The notes beneath the pieces are model-generated. The model had not been told where the DNA came from. It saw only the letters and a list, made by a program, of their open reading frames with translations, and did no database searches. Source: a virus (taxonomy: Duplodnaviria > Heunggongvirae > Uroviricota > Caudoviricetes). Taken from it: 64,000 bases of DNA. The position numbers and the translations under genes are program-made. Location: the IMG/VR virus record IMGVR_UViG_3300020059_000001, positions 14,679 through 78,678 of that record; one strand, 5' to 3'. Every line of letters begins with the position of its first letter. Within the stretch, counting starts at the first letter, position 1. Below, piece after piece: positions 15,143 through 24,383 of the stretch.

Positions 15143-15685
15143 TTACTTCCTTTTGGATTTAGTTACGTCATCGACGGAAAGTAAGTAGTCGTAGACGAGT
15201 TTGTTCCACCGGGCATCTTCCAGGGCGTGATGTTGGCCTTTAGCCTGCGCCGGGTAACGCGGATTCCCGAGCCGTACCAGTTCCTGTTTCAGATCGTTGG
15301 TGTACCACGGGATACGGTCGGATGAGCCCAGTGGCCCGAACAGTTGCGTCAAGACCACATGGTCATGGGCCGCGTAGTAGGCCCACAACTCCGGCTTCGG
15401 AGTCGCCTTGATGAACGCCTCCACCTCATCGGCAAGGGTTACCTTCGACACCACACACGGATCCTGGAAGTCAACCATCCGACGCCGCGAATGCCAGTCC
15501 TCGTTGTCGTGGGGTAGCTGCGCTACGACGTTGTCCATCAACCACTGGTAGCGACGGATCCGGCCCCACGGCGCGTCCGCGTTGACCAGATACAACTCCC
15601 GGCCGTCGTCAGCGACCATCCCGATCGAAATCAAATCAATCCGAACACCATCGTCGAGGAATTCCGTGTCGAAAAAAACTCTCAC
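15143..15685 (-). CDS. DEDDh 3'-5' exonuclease (DnaQ/RNase T-like)
   Basis: Exo I FFDTEF, Exo III H.ALEDA; GTG start with GGGAG upstream. Confidence 0.65.
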   Translation of the reverse strand: MRVFFDTEFLDDGVRIDLISIGMVADDGRELYLVNADAPWGRIRRYQWLMDNVVAQLPHDNEDWHSRRRMVDFQDPCVVSKVTLADEVEAFIKATPKPELWAYYAAHDHVVLTQLFGPLGSSDRIPWYTNDLKQELVRLGNPRYPAQAKGQHHALEDARWNKLVYDYLLSVDDVTKSKRK

Positions 15686-15699
15686 CGAGCAGCTCCCAG

Positions 15700-16900
15700 G
15701 AAGCCCTCGGCTTTAGCCGCGGGGAGGAATGGGAGTGCATTGAATGATTGTGTCAATGCTAAACTTGAAGGGTGCTGGTGACGGAGATGCTGAAACTTGC
15801 GCCGTCGCCTGACCAGGTAACGGCGCTTGAAGCGACCATGCGCGCCTGCAACGAGGCCGCGAACCGGGTGGCCGAGGTCGCTTTCGAACACCGAACCGCC
15901 AACAAGATTGCCTTGCAAAAGATCGTGTACGCCGGCCTGCGCACTGACTTCGGCCTCAGTTCCCAGATGGCCGTCCGCGCTATCGCCAAAGCCTGCGAAG
16001 CGTACAAGCGGGACAAGACCATCCGGCCCACGTTCCGGGCGGACGGCGCCGTGCAGTACGACCAGCGCATCCTGACCTGGAAAGGCCGCGACGCCGTATC
16101 CATCCTGACCCTGACCGGCCGAATCCTGGTTCCGGTCGTATACCAGGGCAGGTGGACGAAGGTCCCTGGCACCGTCGTGCGTGGACAGGCGGACCTGATC
16201 ATGCGTGACAGCAAGTGGTACCTGGCCGTGGTCATCGACGTACCCGAACCCCCGGGCGGCGGAGAGCCGGTCGGCTGGCTTGGCGTCGATCTCGGCGTGG
16301 TCAACCTCGCCACCGACTCCGACGGCGTCACCCACACTGGCAAGGCCGTCCGGGCGGTCCGTCGCCGCAACTTGGACCTGCGCCGACGGTTGCAGGCCAA
16401 GGGCACCAAGTCCGCGAAGCGGCTGCTCAAGCAGCGCCGTCACAAAGAGGCCCGCTACGCACGGGACGTCAACCACTGCATCTCCAAGAAGCTCGTCGGT
16501 GTAGCCAAAGGCACCGGACGTGGGATCAAGCTCGAAGACCTGAGCGGGATCCGCGACCGGATGACGGTCAAGAAGGCTCAGCGCGCCGACCTGCACTCCT
16601 GGGCATTCCATCGACTCCGCACGTTCGTCGGATACAAGGCGGCTCTCGCCGGTGTCCCTGTGGTGCTGGTGGACCCGCGTAACACGTCGCGGGAATGCTC
16701 CCGATGCGGGCACATCGACAAGCGGAACCGTCCCACTCGGAATAAGTTCCGCTGCATTAGCTGCACCCACGCTGAGGGCGCCGATACCAACGCTGCGCGG
16801 AACATCTCGCGCAGGGCTGCCGTCATGCAGCCGCACGCAGCGTAACCCTGCCTGCCAGGTAGGACTTGCGGTCTGCAAGCCCCCGGATTCATCCGTGGGA
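15700..16900 (+). mobile_element. IS200/IS605-family TnpB-only (IS1341-like) insertion, ends approximate
   Basis: single TnpB ORF with no TnpA partner; inserted between divergent exonuclease gene and MazG block; 3' hairpin CTTGC-GGTCT-GCAAG after stop. Confidence 0.5.
15772..16845 (+). CDS. tnpB: TnpB (IS605 OrfB family RuvC-like, RNA-guided nuclease family)
   Basis: 357 aa; C-terminal zinc ribbon CSRCG...CISC; RuvC-like motifs VGVDLG, DTNAARNI; antisense ORF 15682..16905 judged spurious. Confidence 0.8.
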   Translation: MLVTEMLKLAPSPDQVTALEATMRACNEAANRVAEVAFEHRTANKIALQKIVYAGLRTDFGLSSQMAVRAIAKACEAYKRDKTIRPTFRADGAVQYDQRILTWKGRDAVSILTLTGRILVPVVYQGRWTKVPGTVVRGQADLIMRDSKWYLAVVIDVPEPPGGGEPVGWLGVDLGVVNLATDSDGVTHTGKAVRAVRRRNLDLRRRLQAKGTKSAKRLLKQRRHKEARYARDVNHCISKKLVGVAKGTGRGIKLEDLSGIRDRMTVKKAQRADLHSWAFHRLRTFVGYKAALAGVPVVLVDPRNTSRECSRCGHIDKRNRPTRNKFRCISCTHAEGADTNAARNISRRAAVMQPHAA

Positions 16901-16901
16901 A

Positions 16902-17174
16902 TCATGACTGAACCACCTGTGGCGCTTTCTCTGAAAGCCTGCCGTAAGCGGCTACGAACTCGGCGCGGGCAAACGCCTTAGCTACCGGTGCCATCACCGC
17001 CGACGGATATTGTTTGGCTTCGGCCCGGATGTCGCCGGCAGCAGCCCCACGGCCGGCCTGCAACGCCGCCACCCCAAGCGCAACCGCCCGCTGATAATCC
17101 TGCTCATCGGCGAACACCAGCTCCTGCTCAACTGCCAGGAACTTCACCAACGCCGTCATCTGCTCATCGTTCAC
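16902..17174 (-). CDS. hypothetical protein
   Basis: ORF 16902..17174; stop overlaps start of MazG-like gene. Confidence 0.35.
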   Translation of the reverse strand: MNDEQMTALVKFLAVEQELVFADEQDYQRAVALGVAALQAGRGAAAGDIRAEAKQYPSAVMAPVAKAFARAEFVAAYGRLSEKAPQVVQS

Positions 17175-17518
17175 GACGCATCAATCCGGCCCTGGGTTTT
17201 GACGCACCAGTTGTGGATGGCCTTCGCCGGGTCGAGGTCGAGGAGGTACATGGCTGTTATCGACGACGCCACGGTGTCGGCTAGTTCGTCGCCGACCGTA
17301 GCTACGTCACAGACCGGCTTGTAAGGGCTCAGCCCCATGGTGTTGATGATGGCCTCGGCTGCTTCGCCGGCTTCCTCCGCCACCTTCAACACCTGGGCGA
17401 GCTGCCTGATCTCACTGTTCGGACCGGTCGTCGCCTCCAACCAGACCAGCACATTCTGCACCGTCGCCGCGAACTCGTCGAGATCAAACATCATCCCCAC
17501 TAACCGGATCCCCTTCAT
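17171..17518 (-). CDS. MazG-like nucleotide pyrophosphohydrolase
   Basis: LKVAEEAGEAAEAIIN EExxE-type motif typical of phage MazG. Confidence 0.55.
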   Translation of the reverse strand: MKGIRLVGMMFDLDEFAATVQNVLVWLEATTGPNSEIRQLAQVLKVAEEAGEAAEAIINTMGLSPYKPVCDVATVGDELADTVASSITAMYLLDLDPAKAIHNWCVKTQGRIDAS

Positions 17519-17549
17519 GGCGATTGAGATTGTTGAGGGCGTCGAGGGC

Positions 17550-19130
17550 CTGCGGCCAGCTATCCGATTCGTTGACTGCTGTCAGTTCGGGGTCCTGTCC
17601 GACGCTGACCCTGACCGGCACCGACGTCGAAGACATCCTGTCCTGTCGTCGCTGCGCAACTGCGACAGGCCAACAACTGTCGGGGCAGTTCCTGACCGCG
17701 GTCCCACCTTACGGTGGGACGGTCCCGGTCTGACCGGCGGATGCCGTGCCGGGTTGACGTTTCACAGCCACCTGCCCGCGAACGCGGGTCTTCTGGTCGG
17801 CTCCACGTCCTGCCACCGGGCCACCCCCGGCAGTGTCGTACTCGGCCGCGAGTGCGGCCAGGTTTCGTGCGGCGTTGAGGTCCCGGTCCAGGACCAGGCC
17901 GCACCCTTCACAGTGGTATTCGCGCTCGGACAGGGCCAGTTTGGTTTTCACCGTGCCGCAACCCGAGCATGTTTTCGATGACGGGTACCAGCGATCGACC
18001 ACGAGTAGTCGTCCGCCACGCCATTCGGTCTTGTATGTCAGTTGCCGGCGGATCTCGGCAAACCCGGCGTCGGCGATGTGCCGGGCCAGCCTGTGGTTGG
18101 CGAGCATGCCGGTGACGTTGAGATCCTCGACCACGACGGTTCCGTGTTCACGGGTCAGGCGAGTAGTGAGTTTGTGTAGCCCGTCACGGCGTAGGTTCGC
18201 TACCCGGGCGTGTGCCTGGCTGAGTCGTGCGGATGCGCGGTGCCATCGGTTCGACGGGCGCTGGCCGGTACGCCGGTCCGGGCCGGTCTTACGCGACAGT
18301 GCCCGACCAAGTCCGCGAAGACGGCGCTGGGCATTGCTCAGGTGGCGCGGGTTGGGCACCAACTCGCCGGTCGAGAGCACCGCGAGGTGTTTGATGCCGA
18401 CGTCGATACCCACCGCACTGCCCGGTCGGGCCGGTGTCCGTATGGCCCGTTCGACTTCGACGTTGTACGAAACGTGCCAGCGTCCACCATCTCGGCGCAC
18501 CGTCGCGGACAGGATTCGGGCGGTGCCGTTGTCGAGACGCCGAGCAAGTTTGCGGGCGGATTCGTGCAGTTTGAAACGGCCCACCCGGGGCAGCACGACA
18601 TGCGTACGGTCCGGCTCGACCCTGATTGCGCCGCTGCCGGCCGTAAACCGAACACTGGGTGTGGTGCGGCGCCGCGACTTGAACCGAGGAAACCCGACCG
18701 CCCGCCCTTTCCGCTTACCTTTACGGGAGTCCGACCAGTTCTTCAGCGCGCGGGCGAGCTGGTCGAGGCCGGTGTTGAACGCTTCCTTCGAACACTCGCT
18801 CCACCAGGGGGCAACGGTGTTCTTGACGGCGTTCCAGTCCTTGCGCATCGAGTACCCCGACCACGACAGGTTCGGCGTCAGGTCGTCCCCGGCGATCCCG
18901 TAGGTGATTTCGGCGGCCCGTTGGTCCATGACCGCCTTTACCCTGGCCAAGCCCCAGTTGAACGCCACCCGCGCAGCTCCGGCGTGCGACCGCACGGCGC
19001 GCTCCTGCATCGGGGTCAGGTCTAGGGCGAAACGGTATGCCTGGTACGTTTTCACCGTCGCCTCCATACGTCAGAGCTGGCCGACTCAGGGCGGCCGAGT
19101 AGCACCAGCGACACATGCCGACCGGAACCG
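17550..19130 (-). mobile_element. second IS200/IS605-family TnpB element, opposite orientation; ends approximate
   Basis: TnpB ORF 17709..19067 with HTH N-terminus; structured 3' region 17640-17708 (CCTGTCG...CGACAGG); left end overlaps 3' end of gene 19052..19507. Confidence 0.5.
17709..19067 (-). CDS. tnpB: TnpB (IS605 OrfB family, with N-terminal HTH domain)
   Basis: 452 aa; YQAYRFALDLT N-term, zinc ribbon CSGCG...CEGCG, DLNAARNL. Confidence 0.8.
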   Translation of the reverse strand: MEATVKTYQAYRFALDLTPMQERAVRSHAGAARVAFNWGLARVKAVMDQRAAEITYGIAGDDLTPNLSWSGYSMRKDWNAVKNTVAPWWSECSKEAFNTGLDQLARALKNWSDSRKGKRKGRAVGFPRFKSRRRTTPSVRFTAGSGAIRVEPDRTHVVLPRVGRFKLHESARKLARRLDNGTARILSATVRRDGGRWHVSYNVEVERAIRTPARPGSAVGIDVGIKHLAVLSTGELVPNPRHLSNAQRRLRGLGRALSRKTGPDRRTGQRPSNRWHRASARLSQAHARVANLRRDGLHKLTTRLTREHGTVVVEDLNVTGMLANHRLARHIADAGFAEIRRQLTYKTEWRGGRLLVVDRWYPSSKTCSGCGTVKTKLALSEREYHCEGCGLVLDRDLNAARNLAALAAEYDTAGGGPVAGRGADQKTRVRGQVAVKRQPGTASAGQTGTVPP

Positions 19131-19507
19131 ATTGGCTGAAACGAATGGATTTCCCCGCGGCGGCATCGCCATGGCCTCAACGGCCGGCGCACATATTCCA
19201 CCACCGCCTGAACGATCTTGCCCCCTGTTACAACTAGCTCGTACCGACGACCGTCACCGCGGTCCGGGTAGCAGTCGACCCGTTCCAGACCGGCCTCCAT
19301 AAACGCGTTGACACTGTCCGGCGGGACCTCCATGTAGCGCCGGTCGGTGAAACGGCCCCACAGCGGGACCGACAGGAAGTTCCAGCGGTGGTTGTGGGCG
19401 TCCTCGATGGTGTCGGTGTGCCAGATGTGCAGCCGGGCCCGGTAGCCGAACACGCTCAACAGGTTGACCTTGGTGTAGCCCAACGGATGCTTTTCGATCA
19501 GCTTCAC
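19052..19507 (-). CDS. hypothetical His-cluster (cupin-like?) protein; C-terminus probably altered by TnpB insertion
   Basis: LHIWHTDTIEDAHNHRWNF motif; ORF runs 15 nt into TnpB start region. Confidence 0.4.
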   Translation of the reverse strand: MKLIEKHPLGYTKVNLLSVFGYRARLHIWHTDTIEDAHNHRWNFLSVPLWGRFTDRRYMEVPPDSVNAFMEAGLERVDCYPDRGDGRRYELVVTGGKIVQAVVEYVRRPLRPWRCRRGEIHSFQPIGSGRHVSLVLLGRPESASSDVWRRR

Positions 19508-19746
19508 TGCTTCGCCTCCCGATCAACTGCACCCGGCAACCGGTAGTGCCACCGGCCGCAGCCAGAGCATCGTGGTGTGGCTGGCGGCTGGTCCTCAAGC
19601 TGCCCACCGGTGCCGATCCGGCCGGTGGCCTGCACGACCAGGACCGTGCCGGCGCAGTCCACGCAGTCGGCCGTCGTCATCGGACCGTGCAGGGTTTCGC
19701 GGAACCGGTAGCCGTCGTCGAACTCGTGCCAGTCACCAATGGCCAT
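19504..19746 (-). CDS. small zinc-finger protein
   Basis: CVDCAG...CSGCGRWH; ATGA-type overlap with downstream gene. Confidence 0.4.
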   Translation of the reverse strand: MAIGDWHEFDDGYRFRETLHGPMTTADCVDCAGTVLVVQATGRIGTGGQLEDQPPATPRCSGCGRWHYRLPGAVDREAKQ

Positions 19747-19811
19747 CGATTCCTCACGATCCTATGTATAGCACAGCATGCCGTGCATGTCACAGGAAAG
19801 CAAGGGTTTGA

Positions 19812-20057
19812 TCACAGCTCCGGGTCGAGCACCACGTGAACAGCCGGACCGACCCGCGTAACTACATGCTCGAAGGCTGACTGGAGGTGATCGGGACAGG
19901 CGTAACGGGACGTCGCCAGCAGCCTGTAGTGATCAGCAACTACGTCGAAGTCGTTGTACTGGCTGCCGACCGTCAGTGCCACCCACGACTCATCAGCCAA
20001 ATGATCAACATGGACCCGACGGGTAGCCGGCTCACCGCAATAATCACAAAGGATCAT
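19812..20057 (-). CDS. hypothetical small protein (CDYCG zinc ribbon)
   Basis: ORF 19812..20057. Confidence 0.35.
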   Translation of the reverse strand: MILCDYCGEPATRRVHVDHLADESWVALTVGSQYNDFDVVADHYRLLATSRYACPDHLQSAFEHVVTRVGPAVHVVLDPEL

Positions 20058-20155
20058 GATCGCCTCTGATCATAAGAAATTCCCGTCATCCTATGAATAC
20101 CACAGCTTACCGCAGGATCCACGGGGTAACGGGAATTGATCTTAGAAAGAGTCGA

Positions 20156-20668
20156 TCAAGCCGCCGGCCTGAACGCCACAACCCCCGCAGCCCCGTCCCC
20201 CGGCGGACCGAACACATCGTCGAAGTGGCGAGGAAGATCCACTCCGAAGGACACGTACGAACCGGTAATGTCACCGACCGAGTCCAGCCGGCAATAGCGC
20301 ATCACGTCGTCCACGGTGGCGACGCCGAGGTTACTGAAGACGTAGTAAAACGGGATCTCTGGATTGTGGGCAGTCCAGCGGCGGTGGGCAGCGATGGCAT
20401 CCCGAGAAATCCGGTACCGATCATCGTCATCGCCACGCATATTCGTCTTGGCATCAACAGCAAAGAGGCCCCGACCCCAGGCAACGAAGAAATCGGGATG
20501 CCAACGCTCGTCAGATTTGGTCCTACTGAGTAGTCGACGAACCTGGTCGGATAGAACGCGTTGACCATAGGGGTCAACGATGCCGCCACGACGGCGGAAT
20601 TCGTCCTGGAGGCGGTCGTCGTTACCGTCACCGTGGTTTTTACGGTCAGGAAAGTCGTAGACTGGCAT
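20156..20668 (-). CDS. hypothetical protein
   Basis: ORF 20156..20668, ATG at 20668, codon usage consistent. Confidence 0.45.
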   Translation of the reverse strand: MPVYDFPDRKNHGDGNDDRLQDEFRRRGGIVDPYGQRVLSDQVRRLLSRTKSDERWHPDFFVAWGRGLFAVDAKTNMRGDDDDRYRISRDAIAAHRRWTAHNPEIPFYYVFSNLGVATVDDVMRYCRLDSVGDITGSYVSFGVDLPRHFDDVFGPPGDGAAGVVAFRPAA

Positions 20669-20695
20669 CAGATCTCCTCAAGATCCTGTTTTGAG

Positions 20696-20719
20696 CCGGT
20701 CAGGCTGGCACCTGACCGG
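20696..20719 (+). terminator. hairpin CCGGTCAGG-CTGGCA-CCTGACCGG followed by T-rich tract on plus strand
   Basis: 9-bp stem then TTCTACAATTTGTCATCGATTTC; sits between AT-rich island gene and next gene. Confidence 0.4.
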
Positions 20720-20731
20720 TTCTACAATTTG

Positions 20732-21469
20732 TCATCGATTTCTCTTCCTGAGATAGGCCAATACTGATGGCGTATCACAAACCCATGGCCCAACAGATCC
20801 CGGTCGTCGAGCCCTGATGCTTCCTTCATATGCGAGACGCTGTACTGTCCGCAACGGACAGCCGACGACAAGTGCAGCGTCTCGTGCAGAAACCAATGGC
20901 TGTTGTGCCAATCTCCACCTGCCTAAAGTCTTGATGTCTTCCAAAAAGACTAAATCCTGAGGATCAACCTGATAATTACGCATCATTATGTTAACCAGGT
21001 GGATCGTACGACGAGCCAAAGAGGCGGGCCCGCATAGATACCGAACCGCATATTGTTCGACTGTCAAAATTGTCGGGTCAGGACCTAAAGGCCTACTCCA
21101 TTCAAATCCACTACAACCACATCCTTCATTCCGCCCCCATACAGGTTGCCCCTCCCTCCAACCTGGAATAGAGTCTCGACATCGGTCTGGATCAGAGCCA
21201 GAAATATCCAAAGCGCAATAGCCAGCTAGCAATGGCAATTGATCAAGCCGCTGATGGCGCCATCGGTGATGACCACATGCACAATAACCTTTATACTCTT
21301 CAATCCACCCGTGTAAGCACCACCTAGCCTCACCTTCGTAATTCCACAGCCAATCGAACAAATCAACCAGCTTGTTCCAGTCGCTAACAAAACCCGACAC
21401 GCCATAAACTTTAGACGGGATTACCTTGCCAACCATAACTTCTGGCGTCATATCACTCTGACCAGCCAA
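20732..21469 (-). CDS. hypothetical protein with C-terminal excisionase/MerR-like HTH, in an AT-rich (~48% GC) island
   Basis: LVVGCPLRTVQRLAYEGSIRARRPGSVGPWVC HTH; region 20780-21470 compositionally atypical. Confidence 0.5.
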   Translation of the reverse strand: MAGQSDMTPEVMVGKVIPSKVYGVSGFVSDWNKLVDLFDWLWNYEGEARWCLHGWIEEYKGYCACGHHRWRHQRLDQLPLLAGYCALDISGSDPDRCRDSIPGWREGQPVWGRNEGCGCSGFEWSRPLGPDPTILTVEQYAVRYLCGPASLARRTIHLVNIMMRNYQVDPQDLVFLEDIKTLGRWRLAQQPLVSARDAALVVGCPLRTVQRLAYEGSIRARRPGSVGPWVCDTPSVLAYLRKRNR

Positions 21470-21551
21470 AATGCTTGATTAAACCAGCTCTACGGCCACC
21501 GGCATCTCGGGCATCGCGGGGCCCAAGCCGGGTGTGGAAACCGCAGGTTTC

Positions 21552-22970
21552 TTACCGATCCGGTACGTCGATGTCGACGATGCGGCTGCGGGATAGTTGG
21601 GCGGCGCAGGTCACGGTGTCGAGGGGGCCGTTGCGATGCTTAGCGATCATCAGGTCGACTTCGCCGGCTCGTTGGTGTTCGGAGTCGTAGTAATCGGGGC
21701 GGTGCAGCAGAATTACGATATCGGCGTCTTGTTCTACGGAGCCGGATTCGCGTAGGTCGGATAGTTGTGGGCGTTTGTCGGTCCGCTGTTCTGGGCCGCG
21801 GTTGAGTTGGGCGGCGGCGACGATGGGTACGTCGAGTTGGCCGGCGAGGAGTTTGAGTCCGCGGGATATTTCGCCGACTTCGGTGGCCCGGTTTTCTGGT
21901 CGGGTGTCTCGTCGCCCGGATGTGGCGGTCATCAATTGAAGATAGTCAATGATGAGTAGTTCGAGGCCGTGGCGTTGCTGGGTACGTCGGGCAGTGGTAC
22001 GTACCGATGCCAGGTCGGAGCTTCGGGTGTCGTCAACGTAGAACGGCGCCGCCCGGATGGTTTCGGCTTTCGAACGCAGCCGGCCACGTTCTAAGTCGGT
22101 CAGTCCGCCCCTCAGGATCCGGGTCAGTTCGATATCGCTTTCCGCGGACAGGATTCGGCACATCGTCTCGTGGTTGGACATCTCCAGGCTGACCATGAAC
22201 GTCGGGATGTTGCGGCGCATCGCAGCAGCCCTGGCGAACCCGGTGACGAGTACCGACTTCCCGAGCCCGGGCCGGCCGGCGACGATGACGAGCTGGCCGC
22301 CTTTGAGGCCGCCGAGGACGTCGTCGAGGGCACCGATGCCGGTGGACAGGCCGCGGGGCTTGTCGTCGTCGAAGACGTCGCCCAGGGTGCCGTCGAGGAG
22401 GTCGGCGTACGAGGCCACCGGGTTGTGGGCCTGCGGCACGGTGGCCTCGTGGACGGCTCGTTGGGCACCGTCGATGACGTCGCCGATGTCACGGGTCAGG
22501 TCGGTCGAGTACTGGTCGAGCCGGATGGCGGTTTCTCGGATCCGGCGGCGGGTGGCGTAATCAGCAACAATTCGGGCGTAGTAGCCGGCGTGCGCTGTGG
22601 TCGGCACAGCGGCCAGAACGCCGTGGAGGTAACCTGCCCCACCAACCCGGCCCAAACTCCCGTCTACGGCAAGCTCACGGGCCACAGTGATGGCATCTAC
22701 GGGACGGTCACGGGCCAGCAGGCTCGTGATGCAGGTGAAGATCGTCGCGTGCCGGTGATCATAGAAATCGCCGGACGTGATGATGTCTGCGATCTCGTCA
22801 GCGATGACGGGGGCCATCAACAGCGCACCGACGACGGCCTGTTCGGCGGCGAAGTCAGCGAGCTGACGGTGCGGTTCGTCGGGAATGGCGTACGAGACAA
22901 GATCTTCAACGACGGCGGTCACGGGTACGGCAGTCCCTTCGCTAGCGCATCGGCGCGGCACAGGCCGCAT
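21552..22970 (-). CDS. dnaB: DnaB-family replicative DNA helicase
   Basis: Walker A GRPGLGKS, Walker B LLIIDYLQL, AEQAVVGALLM N-terminal DnaB signature; ORF 21552..23159, ATG 22968-22970 preferred. Confidence 0.85.
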   Translation of the reverse strand: MRPVPRRCASEGTAVPVTAVVEDLVSYAIPDEPHRQLADFAAEQAVVGALLMAPVIADEIADIITSGDFYDHRHATIFTCITSLLARDRPVDAITVARELAVDGSLGRVGGAGYLHGVLAAVPTTAHAGYYARIVADYATRRRIRETAIRLDQYSTDLTRDIGDVIDGAQRAVHEATVPQAHNPVASYADLLDGTLGDVFDDDKPRGLSTGIGALDDVLGGLKGGQLVIVAGRPGLGKSVLVTGFARAAAMRRNIPTFMVSLEMSNHETMCRILSAESDIELTRILRGGLTDLERGRLRSKAETIRAAPFYVDDTRSSDLASVRTTARRTQQRHGLELLIIDYLQLMTATSGRRDTRPENRATEVGEISRGLKLLAGQLDVPIVAAAQLNRGPEQRTDKRPQLSDLRESGSVEQDADIVILLHRPDYYDSEHQRAGEVDLMIAKHRNGPLDTVTCAAQLSRSRIVDIDVPDR

Positions 22971-23956
22971 TTGCCCTTGCGTCGACCCCGGTGCTGCGGG
23001 CACTGCTCGTCGAGCGGGACGGCGACGGGCGCAGTCGACGATGCCGGCGTGGACCGGGATCCGCGTTCGGCTTCGGCGGCGAGCCGGAGTTGGTCGTACT
23101 TGTCGCGCAGTTTCGGCATCGACAGGATGTTGCCCCGCCAGAATTCGTTGCCCTGGCACCAGTCGATGGCTCGCATGATCTGGTCCACGGTGTGCTTGTC
23201 ACGGTCGATCATGAGTCGGGCAGCATCCCGCCAACCCTTGTTGATCGTGGGACGTTTCGAGCCGTTGCCCTCAACGCGATCAGCGAGGTGTCGGCAGACC
23301 TGTTCGACGTCGTGTCGCGGATCTCCGATCGGCGACGTCTTTTGGGTATGGGAGTGGGAAGGCATCTCCGTAGGAGATGCCCGGCGCGCGGGTGCGCGCG
23401 AGCCATCGTTTGCCATCGGTTTGCCATCGGCGTCATAGCAAGGCTCTGGCAAACCGATGGCAACGTCATGGCAAACCGATGGCAAGTTGCCATCCGGTAA
23501 TGGCAACTTGCCATCGACACTGTCCGTCTTGTTCGTTTGTTCCTGTTTTCTGACGTGACCAGCCCAGCGCTTCTCGGCACCACGTTTACCGGCCTCGGAC
23601 CGCTTGTCGCGCACTTCGCCGGTCGGCAGGTAAGCATCGAAGTCGTGGATGACCCAACCGCCGTCGTCCGTTTCGTCCCACAATTTCACTTTCACCAAGA
23701 GCATGGCGGCATCGCGCGCGGATGGCCCGAGATAGCGACGCGGTAGCCCCGATGGCAATTTGCCATGCACTTGATCACGCCGACGAGTATTCCGATGTGC
23801 CCACGTAAGACACAGGATCCATAACCCGACGGCGGTAGCACCGCCATCCTCATCCAGTAGAGCCAGAATTTTCGGGTGGTCGTCGAGGCCGTCGTCGAGG
23901 CGTGCCCACCCCACGTCAGGCGTCCATTGCCATACATACCGGCGGGGTACGTGCAC
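22919..23956 (-). CDS. replication initiator (lambda O-like) with origin iterons inside its coding sequence; N-terminal start uncertain (ORF extends to 24175)
   Basis: C-terminal WCQGNEFWRGNILSMPKLRDKYDQL replisome-organizer-like; iterons 23405-23518 translate as DGKLPLPDGNLPSV within the ORF. Confidence 0.55.
   Translation of the reverse strand: MHVPRRYVWQWTPDVGWARLDDGLDDHPKILALLDEDGGATAVGLWILCLTWAHRNTRRRDQVHGKLPSGLPRRYLGPSARDAAMLLVKVKLWDETDDGGWVIHDFDAYLPTGEVRDKRSEAGKRGAEKRWAGHVRKQEQTNKTDSVDGKLPLPDGNLPSVCHDVAIGLPEPCYDADGKPMANDGSRAPARRASPTEMPSHSHTQKTSPIGDPRHDVEQVCRHLADRVEGNGSKRPTINKGWRDAARLMIDRDKHTVDQIMRAIDWCQGNEFWRGNILSMPKLRDKYDQLRLAAEAERGSRSTPASSTAPVAVPLDEQCPQHRGRRKGKCGLCRADALAKGLPYP
23361..23560. 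promoter_or_regulatory. putative origin of replication: palindromes, 4+ iterons (TTGCCATCGG / TGGCAAACCGATGGCAA), then T-rich stretch
   Basis: GGCATCTCC-GTA-GGAGATGCC palindrome; GTTTGCCATCG x2; TGGCAAACCGATGGCAA x2; GTTGCCAT-CCGGTAA-TGGCAAC; TTGTTCGTTTGTTCCTGTTTTCTGA. Confidence 0.55.
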
Positions 23957-24179
23957 TCCGTAGAAGGCCCGTAGAATGCATGTATGACCCCTTCCCCGTT
24001 GGACGCTTAAGCCCTCGACCCCCGTGCGAGGCCACGCCCGGCCGGGAAGGGGTCTAGGCCGGGGCTGGGGCGTTCCCCAGGCGCCCGCCCCGGCCGACCC
24101 GTACTTCAGTGACCGTGGGGGTCTGGATGACCATCCGGCCCAGCATGCCACGGCCCAGGAACACGTGGGAAGCACGGAT

Positions 24180-24383
24180 TCACGTGGAATATTTCTGGGC
24201 CTGGGTGGCGAGTTGACCGATCCGGGCCGGGCTTAACCCGACCCTGGACGCAACATCGACGTGGGTCCGTCCGACCAGTAACCGCCCCAGGCTGGCGAGC
24301 CTTATCTTCGTCAGCGCGGCAAGCACGTTCTGGGTACGTTCGATTTCGTCGGTCACGTGACGGAACAGTTCCTCCTCCGTCAC
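24180..24383 (-). CDS. small HTH DNA-binding protein (sigma-70 region 4-like)
   Basis: LVGRTHVDVASRVGLSPARIGQLATQA. Confidence 0.5.
   Translation of the reverse strand: MTEEELFRHVTDEIERTQNVLAALTKIRLASLGRLLVGRTHVDVASRVGLSPARIGQLATQAQKYST

Noticed and set aside
15682-16905. 407-aa minus-strand ORF overlapping tnpB
   Set aside because: It is antisense to a clearly conserved TnpB reading frame, and its translation is Arg/Ala/Gly-rich with no motifs.
22919-24175. Full-length 418-aa reading of the initiator ORF from 24175
   Set aside because: The first 70 or so residues (MLPTCSWAVACWAGW...) look like non-coding high-GC translation. A start near 23956 is more plausible but unproven.
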